Shown: in pieces, positions 12,972 to 25,200 of the stretch
How the letters are laid out: each line of letters opens with the position of its first letter
How positions within the stretch are numbered: the stretch's first letter is position 1
Assembly (NCBI RefSeq): GCF_024521635.1
Contig: NW_026250416.1
Span: 496,001-560,000 of the forward strand
Length of the DNA stretch: 64,000 bases
Direction of reading: 5' to 3'
Source of the DNA: Tricharina praecox
Taxonomy: Eukaryota
Notes under the pieces: model-generated
The model's input: only the letters and a program-made list of their open reading frames with translations
Told to the model about the DNA's origin: nothing
Databases searched by the model: none
Made by a program: the position numbers and the translations under genes

Positions 12972-15900
12972 CTAATTCTGCGGTCCAGCATCCACGATGT
13001 CGACTATGCGGTGCAGTACGTACATCGGTGACTGGCAATCGGGAACTTCAGAGGACTCCATGACGACTTCCTCATTCACTGAGCCAGTATCCGCCGCGGT
13101 GATAGTATCTTCGACTTCCGCGACTGGCCTATACATGAATGGCAGCTTTCCGAAATTTGCTCTGACGTGGCCATATTGTGCCATGATGACGATCGGGAAC
13201 AGCTGGCCAGAAAGTCCTTTGTGTGCGATACCTATTCATCCCATTCAGCACGGGTTAGAGCGATAGGTAGGACGATCGACTGATGGGCTCACACAGGTAT
13301 GCGCCATTCTTCGTAAAGAAAAGATCCCCGTTTTTATCCACGCCACAACCAACCGTATCCCCAGTTCCATAAGGCTCGTTATAGCTCTCTCCCTCATCAT
13401 TCTCCAGATATTTCTGCCCGTCATACCCATGGTATTGCCAAGTGCTTTCTTTCCGGTCAAGAGTTGCGTGGACATTATTAGCCCTCGGCCCCCTACAGAG
13501 TCCTAAGCCAGTCATCCTGCGTTTTGTCAGCCTTGCTTGTCCTTCTATATTGGGTGAGAGAGCTGCATACCTTTCAGTACTTATATATATCCGAATCTCG
13601 AAGTAGGTTGAGGCATTGAAAAGCTCATTCCCACTCGGAGAAGCAGAACTATTCTCAGAAAGTCGGCAAGGTAGAGGAGGAAATGGATGATCGGCTCGGC
13701 TTAGACAATAAGAAGCTTGATGTTCCTTGGAGATTCCCGGTTTAGGGCGGAGGGAGTCGAGACCACTATTCTCCACTCGGATATCTGGGCTTTTGTGCTT
13801 GGTACTCCAAGCTGTCGGTAAGAGTACGGTTTCCGGGTTGGTTGAGAGGTTCGAAGTTTCGATGATAACGTCGGTGCGATCCTGCAGAAACTCCCGTATC
13901 TCGTCTCGAGATTGTACGAGGTGCGCAACGGTCCAACCATGCACGTCCGTGTCGAAGATATCGGCCCCGGATAGCTTCCGAGCGCCTATGTACAATCTTC
14001 GTTGTTTCTTCGTCGGCTCCCAGCTGCTAAAGCGTTACAAATAGAGGTGTTCGCCCGTTGTTGTCTTTGATCTGTGGTGTCGCCCCGGAGTCAAGTAGCA
14101 TTCTCACATTTTCGTATCTTGCTTCCGCGCATGCGATATGTAGTGGTGTAAGGTCATCATTGTTTTGTATATCTACCTTGGCCTTGTTGTCAATCAGGAA
14201 GCTAATGATCCTACTGTTACCGGGAAAACTCTGTAGCGCATGGTGGAGGGCTGTACAACCGTCTGCATCTTGCACGTCTGGTGGCGCCAGAATTGACAAG
14301 TAGCTCAGTGATTCCCTGGTTCTCGCGCAAAACAGCTAGTTGTAGCGCCGTACGCCCATTCTCGGTTTTGACGTCGAGGTTGGCCTTTTTTGCGATAAGG
14401 AGGCTAATAAGCTCTGTGCTGTCAATCAGGACGGATCGATGAAGCGCAGTGAACCCTGCTCCGTCCACGATATCAGTAGTATGATGAGGTACCGTGGATT
14501 CTTCTTCGCTTTGGGCGTCGGTGGTTGTTTCGTATTCGAGCAATATTGTGGCCAACGCAAGATCATTCGCAGTGTACATAACAGCATAGAGTAGTGGCGT
14601 GCTTCCGGAATCGTCTGTGCTCCCTGGAGAGGCGTTATGGCGGAGCAGCAGACGAACGAGTTCTTCGTTTTCTCTTGGTACAGTCATGTGTAACGCCGTC
14701 TGCCCTGTGGAATTTTTCAAGTCGACATCGATATCGAGGGTCAACAATGACTTGACAATCGACTCCTGACCGCACTAAGTCGCCGAATGAAGCATCGTCT
14801 CTCCCTCTTCGTTTTTGGTTTGAATAAAAAAGTTAGTAGTCTCTATTACGTTACGTGCAGTCGCCAACTGCCCCCCCGCAAGCGCATAGTATGTGAAGGA
14901 TCTCCCCCACTTGTCTTTCGCGAGTGTGTTGGCCCCATTCGCAATTAGAAGCTGTACCGTGGAGGTTTTATCGTGCAACACTACAAGGAGGAGCGGAGTT
15001 CGTCCGTGGTTGTCGATCGCTTCCAATACCCTCCACGGGCACCGACACTCTTGGTCGCCTCCTCGCGTCTCTCGCCAGTATTTCCGGTTGTTTCTTCGAT
15101 CTTCCCACCAGTGCCCTCGGTCGTCTTCTCATGATTCTCATCGGCGCTCTCGCTCTCCCGGAGTTTCCTATCGTGATCAAGTAGTAGGCTCACTAGTGAA
15201 TCGTGGCCACCGGAGACTGCAAGATGAAGTGCGATCATGCCATCTCAGTCCCTGGCGTTGCGATTGGCTTTCTTCAGCAGAAGTTCCACAGCTGACTGTC
15301 TGCCGTAAAATGCGGTCAACAAAAATGGAGTCTTCCCGCTTTGCTCTTTCGCCTCAAGTTCGGAGCCTTTTAAAAACAAACTTATGCACTCGTCGGATCC
15401 TACAAGGGCAGCTAGATGCAGAGGGGTCCTTTGCTGGAGATCGTGGACGTTCTGCGAAGCATGGGCTTCCAGCAGCAGCTTCGCGGCGCCGGCGTTTCCA
15501 GCATTTGCTGCCCAATGAAGTGGCGTTCAATTGGCGATATCTCGGAGGTCCGTTTCTGTTGTATCAGGAGACTGGACGCCAGTAAGTAAGCACGGTGCAT
15601 CCTAATGAAGAATCGCAGCTCTGGCGATCATACCGTACACGATCCCGGTTGGTCTTATCGTTTAATACTGCCGCATAGTGCGATGGAGAACGTCCCAGGA
15701 TATCCTGTGCGTTTGCATATGTCTTGCCGTCCTTGGGATCCCAATCCTCGCCTTTCAAGACCTTCTTGTGGAGGTTTGTAAAACCAACGTGCGCAGAATT
15801 CGGATCCCCCACACCACGTTCGTGACCGAAAAACACGAAAGAGTCATCCAATCTGCTCTGGTGGTCATACAGCAAGCGCAGTGTCGCCTTGATGTCATCG

Positions 15901-18900
15901 GACATGAGTTCCATCAGGCATTTTTTCACCGTATCAATTTGGGCATCTAAAATCTTCCACTCCCGGTCATCTGTGGAGTAGATTTCTTTTTTGTTGGTCA
16001 ACCTTTTCAAGTATTCGTAAACCACAGCTGCTGCCTTAACAGCGAAGGGGCATAAAATTTTCGAGCTAAACTGCTGGGTTACCCGAAGTATTCCCCGATA
16101 GATGCTCTGGAGACTTTCCCAGTTCATATTCTCTAACGGTGCCGCATGCTGAAGCTCTAAGTCAACAGCAGCACCAATTGGCAATTTGTTTTCCAAGCTT
16201 AGTGGAGGAATTATGTAGGTGTATGCTTCATCGTGGCTCCTTGAAAGATCGGCGTTTTGAATACCCAGCGCCATCTTCGAAACCTCTGTATTCCGAAGCC
16301 GAATATGCTGCCAAGCACTGGGCCGGCTGTTCGCAGTTTCTTGGGACGCTTTGGAAGCCCCGCCGATCCGATCCAACTTCTCCGCAGCTGCGATCATGAA
16401 GGCCGTGAAGATATGCTGTGCGTATAGTAACTCTTTCGGTGCGGTTGTTACTATTCCTAAAGAGGCGTAGGGGCCTTCATCTTTCGAATCGTGGGAAACG
16501 CTATTGTAAGGCTCAGTACTGGGGGTTTGTGGATCTTCCGGCTTGTCGTGAGACCCCATGTCCTCCAAAGACATTGGAAGACATTGGAATGTCGCAAATA
16601 GGGACCCTTTACCGCAATCACTATTCCGTGTATGGGAGTCTGCCAATCCTGATGGGCCGTGAAATCCTGTGATCCTGTGGCTATCTATTTGATATCTGTT
16701 GGGTTCCATGTCGGGAGTGGCCACTGAGTCGGCTGATACCATTCCCACTTTCAAAACCTCGGCAGCACCACTTGGCACCCACCACCGTAGATCTCTGCGA
16801 AGTGCAAGCGTGTTGGAACCCAGGAATAATATGCTCTGTTTTCTTGATTTGTGTCGAAGCCAGTTCGTTTCGGGTATTTTGATGTCCCGCGCGAGTTGTT
16901 GCTCCCTTTCCTCTGACCCCTGAACACGACGTAGCCACAGCGACAAAAGCGCCTCGATTCGATCAACATCGGCCTGCCAGAGCTTTTTGTGGTTTTTCTG
17001 TTCCACCTTCGCCCGAAGATAGATTTCCTGGTCATTCGGATTGGCCATCTTGCACTCGTTGGAGGCACAACTTACGTGAATTTCCAGAAGTCTCACAAAA
17101 TCTCTCAAAAATGTCTTCTTTGGCGGGAATAGGGTGTTTAGGACGGCTTCGATTGCATTAGCAGCGGCGATCGCTGGCTCGGATGCGGGCCCGTCCATCG
17201 GCTGAGTTGTCCGACACGTTCACGAATATCAATCAATTCTTGGGCTCCCGGTGTGATCGATGTAGGGATTTTCGGCGTTGTATTGGCATGCGTTTGCCCT
17301 GTCGACTGATCGTGTTGAGTAGGGATCGAATGAATATTGCCTTGTACTTGAACAGTTGGCTCTGGATTGTTCTGTACTTGGAATGTTTGCTCTGGATCGT
17401 CCACGACTTGCTGTTCATCTGTGTCCTGCTTGTCTGCAGGCTTCCCACCCGTCATAACCCTGAATGTACACCATGAACTGTCCTTGAAATCTTTAGTGTT
17501 TCCGCGGTCACAGAAGTGATTCCCGAAATTGTCTTTGCGGCTCGCCAATTCGGTCGCGAGCCACTCCAGCTCAAAGTTGGTTGCTAGCTTTACCGCTGAG
17601 GGGCGTTTCGTCATTCCACGCCGTAGGAGCGCCCTCACGATTGTCATGAAAACGGTTGCTGCCAACTGTGCCGTTGAAGCTGATCTGTAATTGCCAATCC
17701 GTTCATCCATCTGCTTTTAAGGCGAAGCTGGTAGGTAAGTACTCACCAATGTAGGCCGCGCAGACCTATAAATTGAAAGACAAACCCTGTGATCGATATC
17801 ACAGTCCCGAAAACGGTGAACGCACGCATGGAGCGCGGCGCATTGAAGGCGGGACCTTCTTCGCACTGGTGACAGCTCGATTTCCGTACCGCATCGACGG
17901 GGCCGTCGGCAATGATGGCGTAGGAATCGAATGTTTGATCGTTGATCACCCCGCTTCTTTGAATCCTGTGCGTTTTGATGAGCTCTGGGTCTAAGCGGAA
18001 GACGTAAGTGGCTCAATTTTACCAGAATATAAAGAGGTGCACCTTCTCTAGGCGATCGTCTTTCACGTATGTTTCTTCGTCGGTGCTCAGTTCTACGACC
18101 GATGCAGCTATGAACATTCCGGTCACAAGTAACAGAGTGACAATGGTAGCCAATGCTATCAGACACTCGGATCAGTATTTCCGTATACATTCACGGGAAG
18201 TGCTCCGTCGTCCAGAAGCCTCATCTGTGGGGAAAACGATAACTCACAGTACGAGTGGCTTTGAGCTGTGAGACCGGCCTTCCGGAATTGCAAGTGAGAC
18301 GAATAGGCGGTATAAGATGCCAGCGTGGGCACAGCAGCCTGAATCATGACGACAAATACCGCAGCCAGGTAGAGCTCCCAAGGCTGTTTCTTGATACTAA
18401 GATTCATTGAGGTGTTCGGAGAATTTTCTTTAGCCTGTACGAGCAGCTCATGCTCTTGATACTAAGATTCATTGAGATGTTCGGAGAATTTTCTTTAGCC
18501 TGTACGAGCAGCTCATGCGTATGTTCTGCAGCCGCTTCCACGTCAGTTGGATTCGGTGGCTGTGAGGAGGGATCGTCGTAATATTTCCTGCGATACCAGA
18601 GCACGCCATTCAGCAATCTCTGCGACAACTCTCGACTCAGTTTGCATTTGATCAATCCCATTCTTCTATTCAGAAAGTTGCGCCACGGCCCTCGGTTCGG
18701 TTTGTGTTTGACGATTCCTAGGCTTTTGGCCTCCTCGAGGGTGAATACGGGAAAATCCTGCTTGATTTTGTCCAAGCGATCGTCCTCCAGTGATCGCACA
18801 GTGTGAACCTCTGGAGCTTGCCACTCATACGGCCTTTTTACTGCTGCTATCTCCGTTGCTGCTCCTGGCGCCGCTGCTGCTACTGTCGCCCCTCTTATTT

Positions 18901-19789
18901 CTACCGGTGGTGGTGGTGGTGGTGGTGACGCCACTACGGCTACGGCTACCGCTGTTGCTGTTGCTATTCCTATCGACACTGGAGATTTTGCCGCTTTTGC
19001 CGCTTTTGCCGCTTCCGCATCTGCTTCTCTGGCCGCCTTAGCTCTTCTGAGTGTCTCGAGAACATTCGGCGGAAGATTCTCGAAATAGAGGAGTTGCTGG
19101 ATTTGGGGTGATCCCATCACACGAACAATTGCATCGCCATTCCAGATCTCGCAGACTAGCAACTGCCATAAACTTAATGTCCTCGCTCATAGTATCGTTA
19201 CATATTACTAGCCTTCGTGAGATGTCGATGACATGAGCTCAACCTCCGCAGCTGCACGCGTCTCCCGCGCCCGGCCGATCGGTTCGCGCAACCACGATGG
19301 ACCGCCGACCCTGATAGCCCCTACGCATAGGAGTCAACGGAACCGGTGAGCTGAATAGCAGCGGTGTAGCATACCAACAATGGTGGTGATGATACCCAAG
19401 GGAGCCATCGAGAAGACCAAATTATCGACCCAGCTGGCGGAGAAACTCATAAATTGCTGGGCGAATCGCTTGCCAAAGCTGCAATATCGTCAGGAGCGGA
19501 ACGTTGGCTTCGATGATGGAAGAGCGAGAGTCACAGTGCGAGTAATCTGTGCGAGGGTATTGGCTCGGCGTAAGAACCTGAACGGTGACATGTCATTTAC
19601 GGAGCGATCAGAGGCCAGGTTACTGTTAAACTCGGCCCCATCACGGTATTTTTGATCCTCAGCGCCGCCGACGACCGCGGTCGTTGTAGCTGCAGTGACG
19701 TCGGACAACATCATCGCCAAAGTCAATCCGACGTGCGCCATTGTAACCGTGACAAGGCCCGGGAATCTAGAGTATTGGACAGCGCTCAT
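12972..19789 (-). pseudogene. Pseudogene of a large fungal multi-transmembrane + ankyrin-repeat + C-terminal SPRY protein
   Basis: Fragments reconstruct the fungal ankyrin-protein N-terminal block (EFNSNLASD..PLLALFGKRFAQQFM..APLGIITTIVGAIRVGGPSWL..GRARE..AEVELMSSTSHEVCEIWNG..IVRVMGSP). Next come TM segments (GFVFQFIGLRGLHW, AQLAATVFMTIVRALLRR), more than 10 ankyrin repeats (TPLHWAA, TPLHLAA, GQTALH, GFTALH, TPLHIAC) and SPRY motifs (YFEIRI, YHGYDG, YGTGDTVGCG, FFTKNG, LFPIV, VRANFG). In-frame stops at 15527-15529, 15245-15247, 14775-14777 and 14027-14029. Frameshifts near 19605, 19258, 15030 and 14285, plus a 65-bp duplication. Confidence 0.88.
18389..18518. repeat. Near-perfect 65-bp tandem duplication inside the ankyrin pseudogene (frameshifting)
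   Basis: tcttgatactaagattcattgag[g/a]tgttcggagaattttctttagcctgtacgagcagctcatgc occurs at 18389 and 18454 with a single mismatch. Confidence 0.95.
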
Positions 19790-22205
19790 TGTATCAGTAG
19801 AGGAGGATTCGAGGAAAATGCCTAGACTACCTACTATATCACAACAGTGTGTCGTCGCGAGGCACACGGATATCAGGTCTTTATGCGCCAGTATGCAGCA
19901 TGGATGCCTAGAAGCACTTCGAACAATGAATGCAACCCGGGCGGGGAAGTTGACAACAAAATGTGAACCCGCAAAGTTCGCCAATGAGCGAATTACGCAT
20001 GCGCACCATCCTCAGATCCTTCAAATATCCTTGCATCCATTTCGCAGCTGAGACATAGTCTTCGAATCCGCTTTGTCGAAATCCGAAACATGCCTTCCAT
20101 GCTCTAGGGGTGTAGAAGAATTTTGTCTTGGTGCAGGTGGGTGGCTAGATGACACTGGTGGCCGCTGGACAACAGTGGAACTGAATTGGAATTTCCTAGT
20201 TTTGCGGACGACTCTATGCGAAAAACCTATTTCTTAGAGGACGGTGAGAGAGAGGGAAGAAGCTCTCTCCATGGACCATCACAGCTAAGGTCGGCCCTCC
20301 CTTACTAACTGACAGGTTCACCTGCTAACCATTTTTGTTCGCTCCCGCCAACATCCTCCCCAGCCACTCCGCCACACCAGGTATCCATCACGGACACCAT
20401 CAGGGTTCACCAGGATTATCTAGAGTACCGGTATTGGTACATAATGCCGACAACGAGAAAGTAAAGTGTGGAATGAATTGGCTCTGAGCCATAGGTTTTG
20501 AATACGCACTCCACACACCGGTCACTTAGGTCCAAGTGCATAGCGCGGCTGGGACGGGACAAGACGAGCGGCGACGAGCTCGATACTACCTAGGTACTGC
20601 TATTGTTGTACTACATAATGGTAGCAGACTGTATAAGCATGTTTAGAGGGCTGTAGCTAGGTTCTTTACCAGAATTGGAAACCCAAAACTTTGGGCACGG
20701 GCATTCGCACTAAATACTCGAGGCCATATCTCGAGGATTCACTATTCACAGCGCGAAACAGCAGCTAATTACTCAGGTTGGCGGGACAGGGAAGCCGAAC
20801 TGGACGTTAGGTTAAGCATCAAAGTTTACGGAATCACTACCGAATACATACCTCCTAGGTACTTGGTCCTATGCGGATCTTTAGTGGTACCTGTAACCTA
20901 GTGCATGACTATTTTCAATTCGAGATTGCAACCTGCAGGCTGTGATTCCCATTGTGCATCGGTCTATACCGAGGTTTAATTGTCCCCATATCTCACTCTG
21001 TCATCGCTGCCCCCCGACCCTCGTCGTAGCCGGCCAACAACTCCTACCTACCACCTAACATCGAACGTTCCGAATCTCACCACGTTCTCCGTCGTCATCA
21101 AGTTCTATTGATCGAACCCATCACCTCCTCAGGCCACCCCCCTTATGCTTCATGGAGAGTTCCAGCACATACTCAACTCGGTAGAACGCCACCTTTTGTT
21201 TTGTTTCAATCTACATTCACTGCTTCGCTATAACTTATATGCCACCCCTAGCATGGCGGTAAGCTTCCAGCCATCGTTCCGAGTTTCGGCAGTAAACTAC
21301 AACTACTTGGTTCCACATACTTTACCTACATTAGTGATAATCCATGACTCATCCTGGAATGATCGGTCACTGGGCAGAGAACCTTGAACTCGACTCCCTC
21401 CTCCCGTGTCCGCACCATTCCTGCTCGAGAGTGTGGCTACATACAAATAGGCTACATATAGACATAACTGTTGATTGATAATTCATACAGCATGGAACCA
21501 TAAGGTTATGGCCGGTCCGACATAACTGTGTAGAGTACCAAGATCGGGAATAACCAAGGGTTGTCACCATTTCTGCTCTAGGACAGGCAGTCGGCAGAGT
21601 GCGTTCAAAATCTTTATTGCCTGTAAGTTTCATGGGTTGCTTTGGGTGAATTTGATATAGCTGCCATCCTTACTGCAAATTGCCTTCCTCGCAGCAAAGG
21701 AATACTCAAACAGACCCAGTTCTCAGGTCTGATCGTAATGTTAAAACATGTCCAGTAGGCATTTACTCAAATCATCCAGCAGCGAGAGAGTGTTTGCAAA
21801 GTAGGAAGTTCACGTGGTCACGACACGCAGCATCGAGCTCTAGAGGTAGCCGCTAGTGGTCTGTACAGCTGGATTACACGTCGGCACTCCGTCATTTGGA
21901 GCACGTGATCATATGGTAGGTGTCAGCAAACGAAGTCTAGTTATATCGAGCGGCGTCCTCGACTCCTCGGGCTGATTCCGAAAGACCCCGAGAGTTCCGT
22001 ATACCTACACCGGTGGTTGTTTAACCGATCTTTGATCCGGCGCCTGGCTGTGAGCTTATGCATATGATGGAGGGGGACTCTGGGTTTAGCATCATCTCCC
22101 ACATCTCCCATTCACTCTTGCATGGGATGTCACTCGAGTCGCCGGAGTAAGTGGACACTCCCGGGGATATAACGGGTGGTAGTCTGGGTGAGGTATTCGA
22201 GTATG

Positions 22206-22293
22206 TACAGTGCAAGGCTGCGACAAGCTACCGCTCCATTCCAAGCCCCCGATTACAGTGCGAGGCTGGGACAAACTACCACTCTATTCCAAG
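22206..22293. repeat. 48-bp-period tandem duplication (40-bp core, 5 mismatches)
   Basis: tacagtgcaaggctgcgacaagctaccgctccattccaag versus tacagtgcgaggctgggacaaactaccactctattccaag. Confidence 0.85.
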
Positions 22294-25200
22294 TCTAGAG
22301 GCCACGACTCACGAAAGTCGAATGGACAGCCCGATCTAACAATTACCTACCAGGTAGGTATGTATGTAGTCCTAGACGTACGAGGGCAGTGAACTAACTA
22401 TCATAGTTGGCAAAGTACCGATGGATCCGGTCCGCGACGACGACAAGATGGAAGGTCCGGTCCGGTCCGTCTGAAGGACTTACATAGGGCCGGAACCCCA
22501 CCGAGACTCGAGTCATGGTGGACTCGCTCGCTCGCTCCTGCCACGAAAAACAAATCACGATACCTATCTCCCGCGCACAGACCTCCTCCAGCAAACTTCC
22601 GGTCCTCCTTCACTGCCCCACTTGATCCCGAACGAGGCTCGTACCATAGTTAGTGCTGGGCACGGTTGTGGATGTGATGCGTCGCATCGGTACTCCGACA
22701 TGACTACTTCATATGTACGGGGACTATTTTATTTTGCCGACGCGCCGCGCGATATGTATGGTAGATTCTCTGTACTCAACATATCTGTGGTAAGTATGTT
22801 GCATAGCGTCATGGGTAATCAGGCGGGCGGACAAGCGCCACCACCACCCCCCCTCCGATTATCGTTATCGCTCCCGATCTTATCGGCCGGAGATAAAAAC
22901 TGTGGTTATCCCGTACGATGACTACTAACTATAGGCTAAGCCCATTGCGGTTCCGGCCGGTGAGGCTCATGCAGGATCACTCGCCGTCGCCTACGTTAGA
23001 ACGAGTGCGCCTTGACGCGAACGGATCGGCATCAACCGGGAGTGCCGAAATCATCAATTCGACTTCATCCGTTCCATGTAGCCCCTCCCTCCCCCCCTCT
23101 CAATCTACAAATAACTCCCCGTATCTACATAGCTTCCCACGAATCTAGAGTACATACGGGAAGGTGACTTGTGAGAGCCCACGGATCCCCAGTGCCCAAA
23201 TGCATACACCCCCCACGCCAACACGCCGCATCATCCCCCCCACGCCATCATCATCCACCTCCCACCCCCCCACGCACCCCGTCTCACATGCACGTGCACG
23301 CATCAAATCAACTCCTTACCGGGCATCGAGAAAGAGAAAAATCTGGAAGGCAAGCAAGCTTGCTCATGCAGAATAGTTAGCTACATACCGGTAGGTATGT
23401 AGATATGGGATGTGGAGCGATCCGAAGACGAGGACACAACCCTACCCAACTATGTACCTAGCCTCAACGGTGCAACATCTGCTTTGTACTATTTACCTAC
23501 CTGGGTAGTTAACTACTCTACTCTACTCTACTACTCTACTGCCTATAGTTACATATGATATCTGCCGCCCTGCGAACAAGTGGCGATGGCGACGGGGAGC
23601 GAGGGAATGGAGACCGGGGGGCTGCGATCGGATGGATTCGCCGTCCGTCGTCGTGGAGCGATCCGAAATAACTATCCGTGGGGAGTCTGGAGTCTGGACG
23701 TGTATCGAATCTTCGATGGGAACTATCGAACCGCCATAGAACGGGCTGGGTCCCCACGTCGACGCGCCACGGGAAGGGGCATTCGGCAGGAGGAGGAGGA
23801 GGAGGAGGAGGAGGAGGAGTGGGGGAGGAGGGTGGGAATGGATTGAATCCCAGCCGCAAAGCCAGCAAACGAACGACAGTGCCACTCGGTGCGGTCGAGG
23901 GGCGAGGGTGTGGGGAGGGAGGCTAAGGACGGGCTGGGGAGGGAGGAGAACGGCTTACTTGCATGTGGGGAAGAAGAGCGGTGGTGCAGGATTGCCTATT
24001 CCGAGCATTCTAGAAGAGCTCCCCCCAGCGGATGGTGGCGGTGGCTGAACAACAACAATTGCATCGCGCATGACGCATCACACTTGTCTGGAAGGAATGA
24101 AGGAAGCCGTACCCAGCACGACCCGGGGCCTTATGATACATCGGTACTTGGGTATGGGTCCATACATACCTACCGGTTGGAACCCGATGGGACGAGGGGC
24201 ATCATAGATACATACATAAATAAGTACCCACTCCGGTACGTGCGGTGGCCGCTTGTCGATTGCGATGCTCGAGTACATACCTACGGTATCCACGTTCCGC
24301 ACCATCCAGCCAGCCAGCCAGCCCCGTACCGTATGAGTACACGGCGAGCAGAGTTTCATGTTCTTCGATGGAAAGGAATAGAGTGTTTTGCTTACTTCCC
24401 TTACCCTGGAACTGGGCTCTGATGATTCGAAAGAAAGAATAAAAAAAGGCTGACATACTCCCCATAGGTGCATACGAGGCAGGCAGGTCGAAGCGTCTAT
24501 GTATGTTACCCCAGGCCACCACCATCGACATGGGAAAATCAGGACCTTGTCATTTTTTCGTCCCCTGGCCATTTGCCAGGTAGGAGGAACATGTGTCCCA
24601 TCCATCAGCATCCTCCCCGAGTCTCGCGTGGAACCAAATCCTGGGGTTCGGACGCTCACTGGCACATCCACACAACTATTGCTTCTAGGGTAGAAACTTA
24701 ACGGCGGGTATGTATGTATGTGTGATGAGGTACTCTACTGTACAGAAGTCAAAACTTCCCTCGCGTAGAGTACCTATGTACCGTGCTTACCGTACCTACA
24801 TATGTTACCACATAAGTACATACATACCTCCTACTATACCTATCCCCCTATATGATATATCCCATATACATACTAGATGACATCGATGATAATCGGACAA
24901 GACACCGGGGAATTGCACTCCACACAGGTGCTTGGCATCCGAATACTTTTTGAAGAAATCTGGTACTATTGGCTAGATCGACTAGAGCAGATATGTGCCT
25001 TCTAGGTACATAGGTAGCATGCTATTCCGAGCCAAATTAAGCACCGGTACAGTAGATTGTGGGGGCCGCTGCTACGTATGTACATATGTATGTATGTACT
25101 CTGGAGTTCTCGTCCCTCTCTACGTCGGGAAGAAAATGGTCCGGTTGGTGGTTTGCGAGTTGCTGGTAAATATCTAGACTTGACAGATGACACCTCGTCC

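Noticed and set aside
14893-15585. 230-aa plus-strand ORF
   Set aside because: Antisense shadow of the ankyrin repeats.
12972-19789. Idea that the ankyrin-SPRY gene is functional through A-to-I stop-codon editing
   Set aside because: At least two stops are TGA and there are several frameshifts, including a 65-bp duplication, which editing cannot repair.
22206-22293. Repeat-spacer-repeat pattern reminiscent of CRISPR
   Set aside because: Only two units with an 8-bp gap, eukaryotic context and no cas genes. It is an ordinary tandem duplication.
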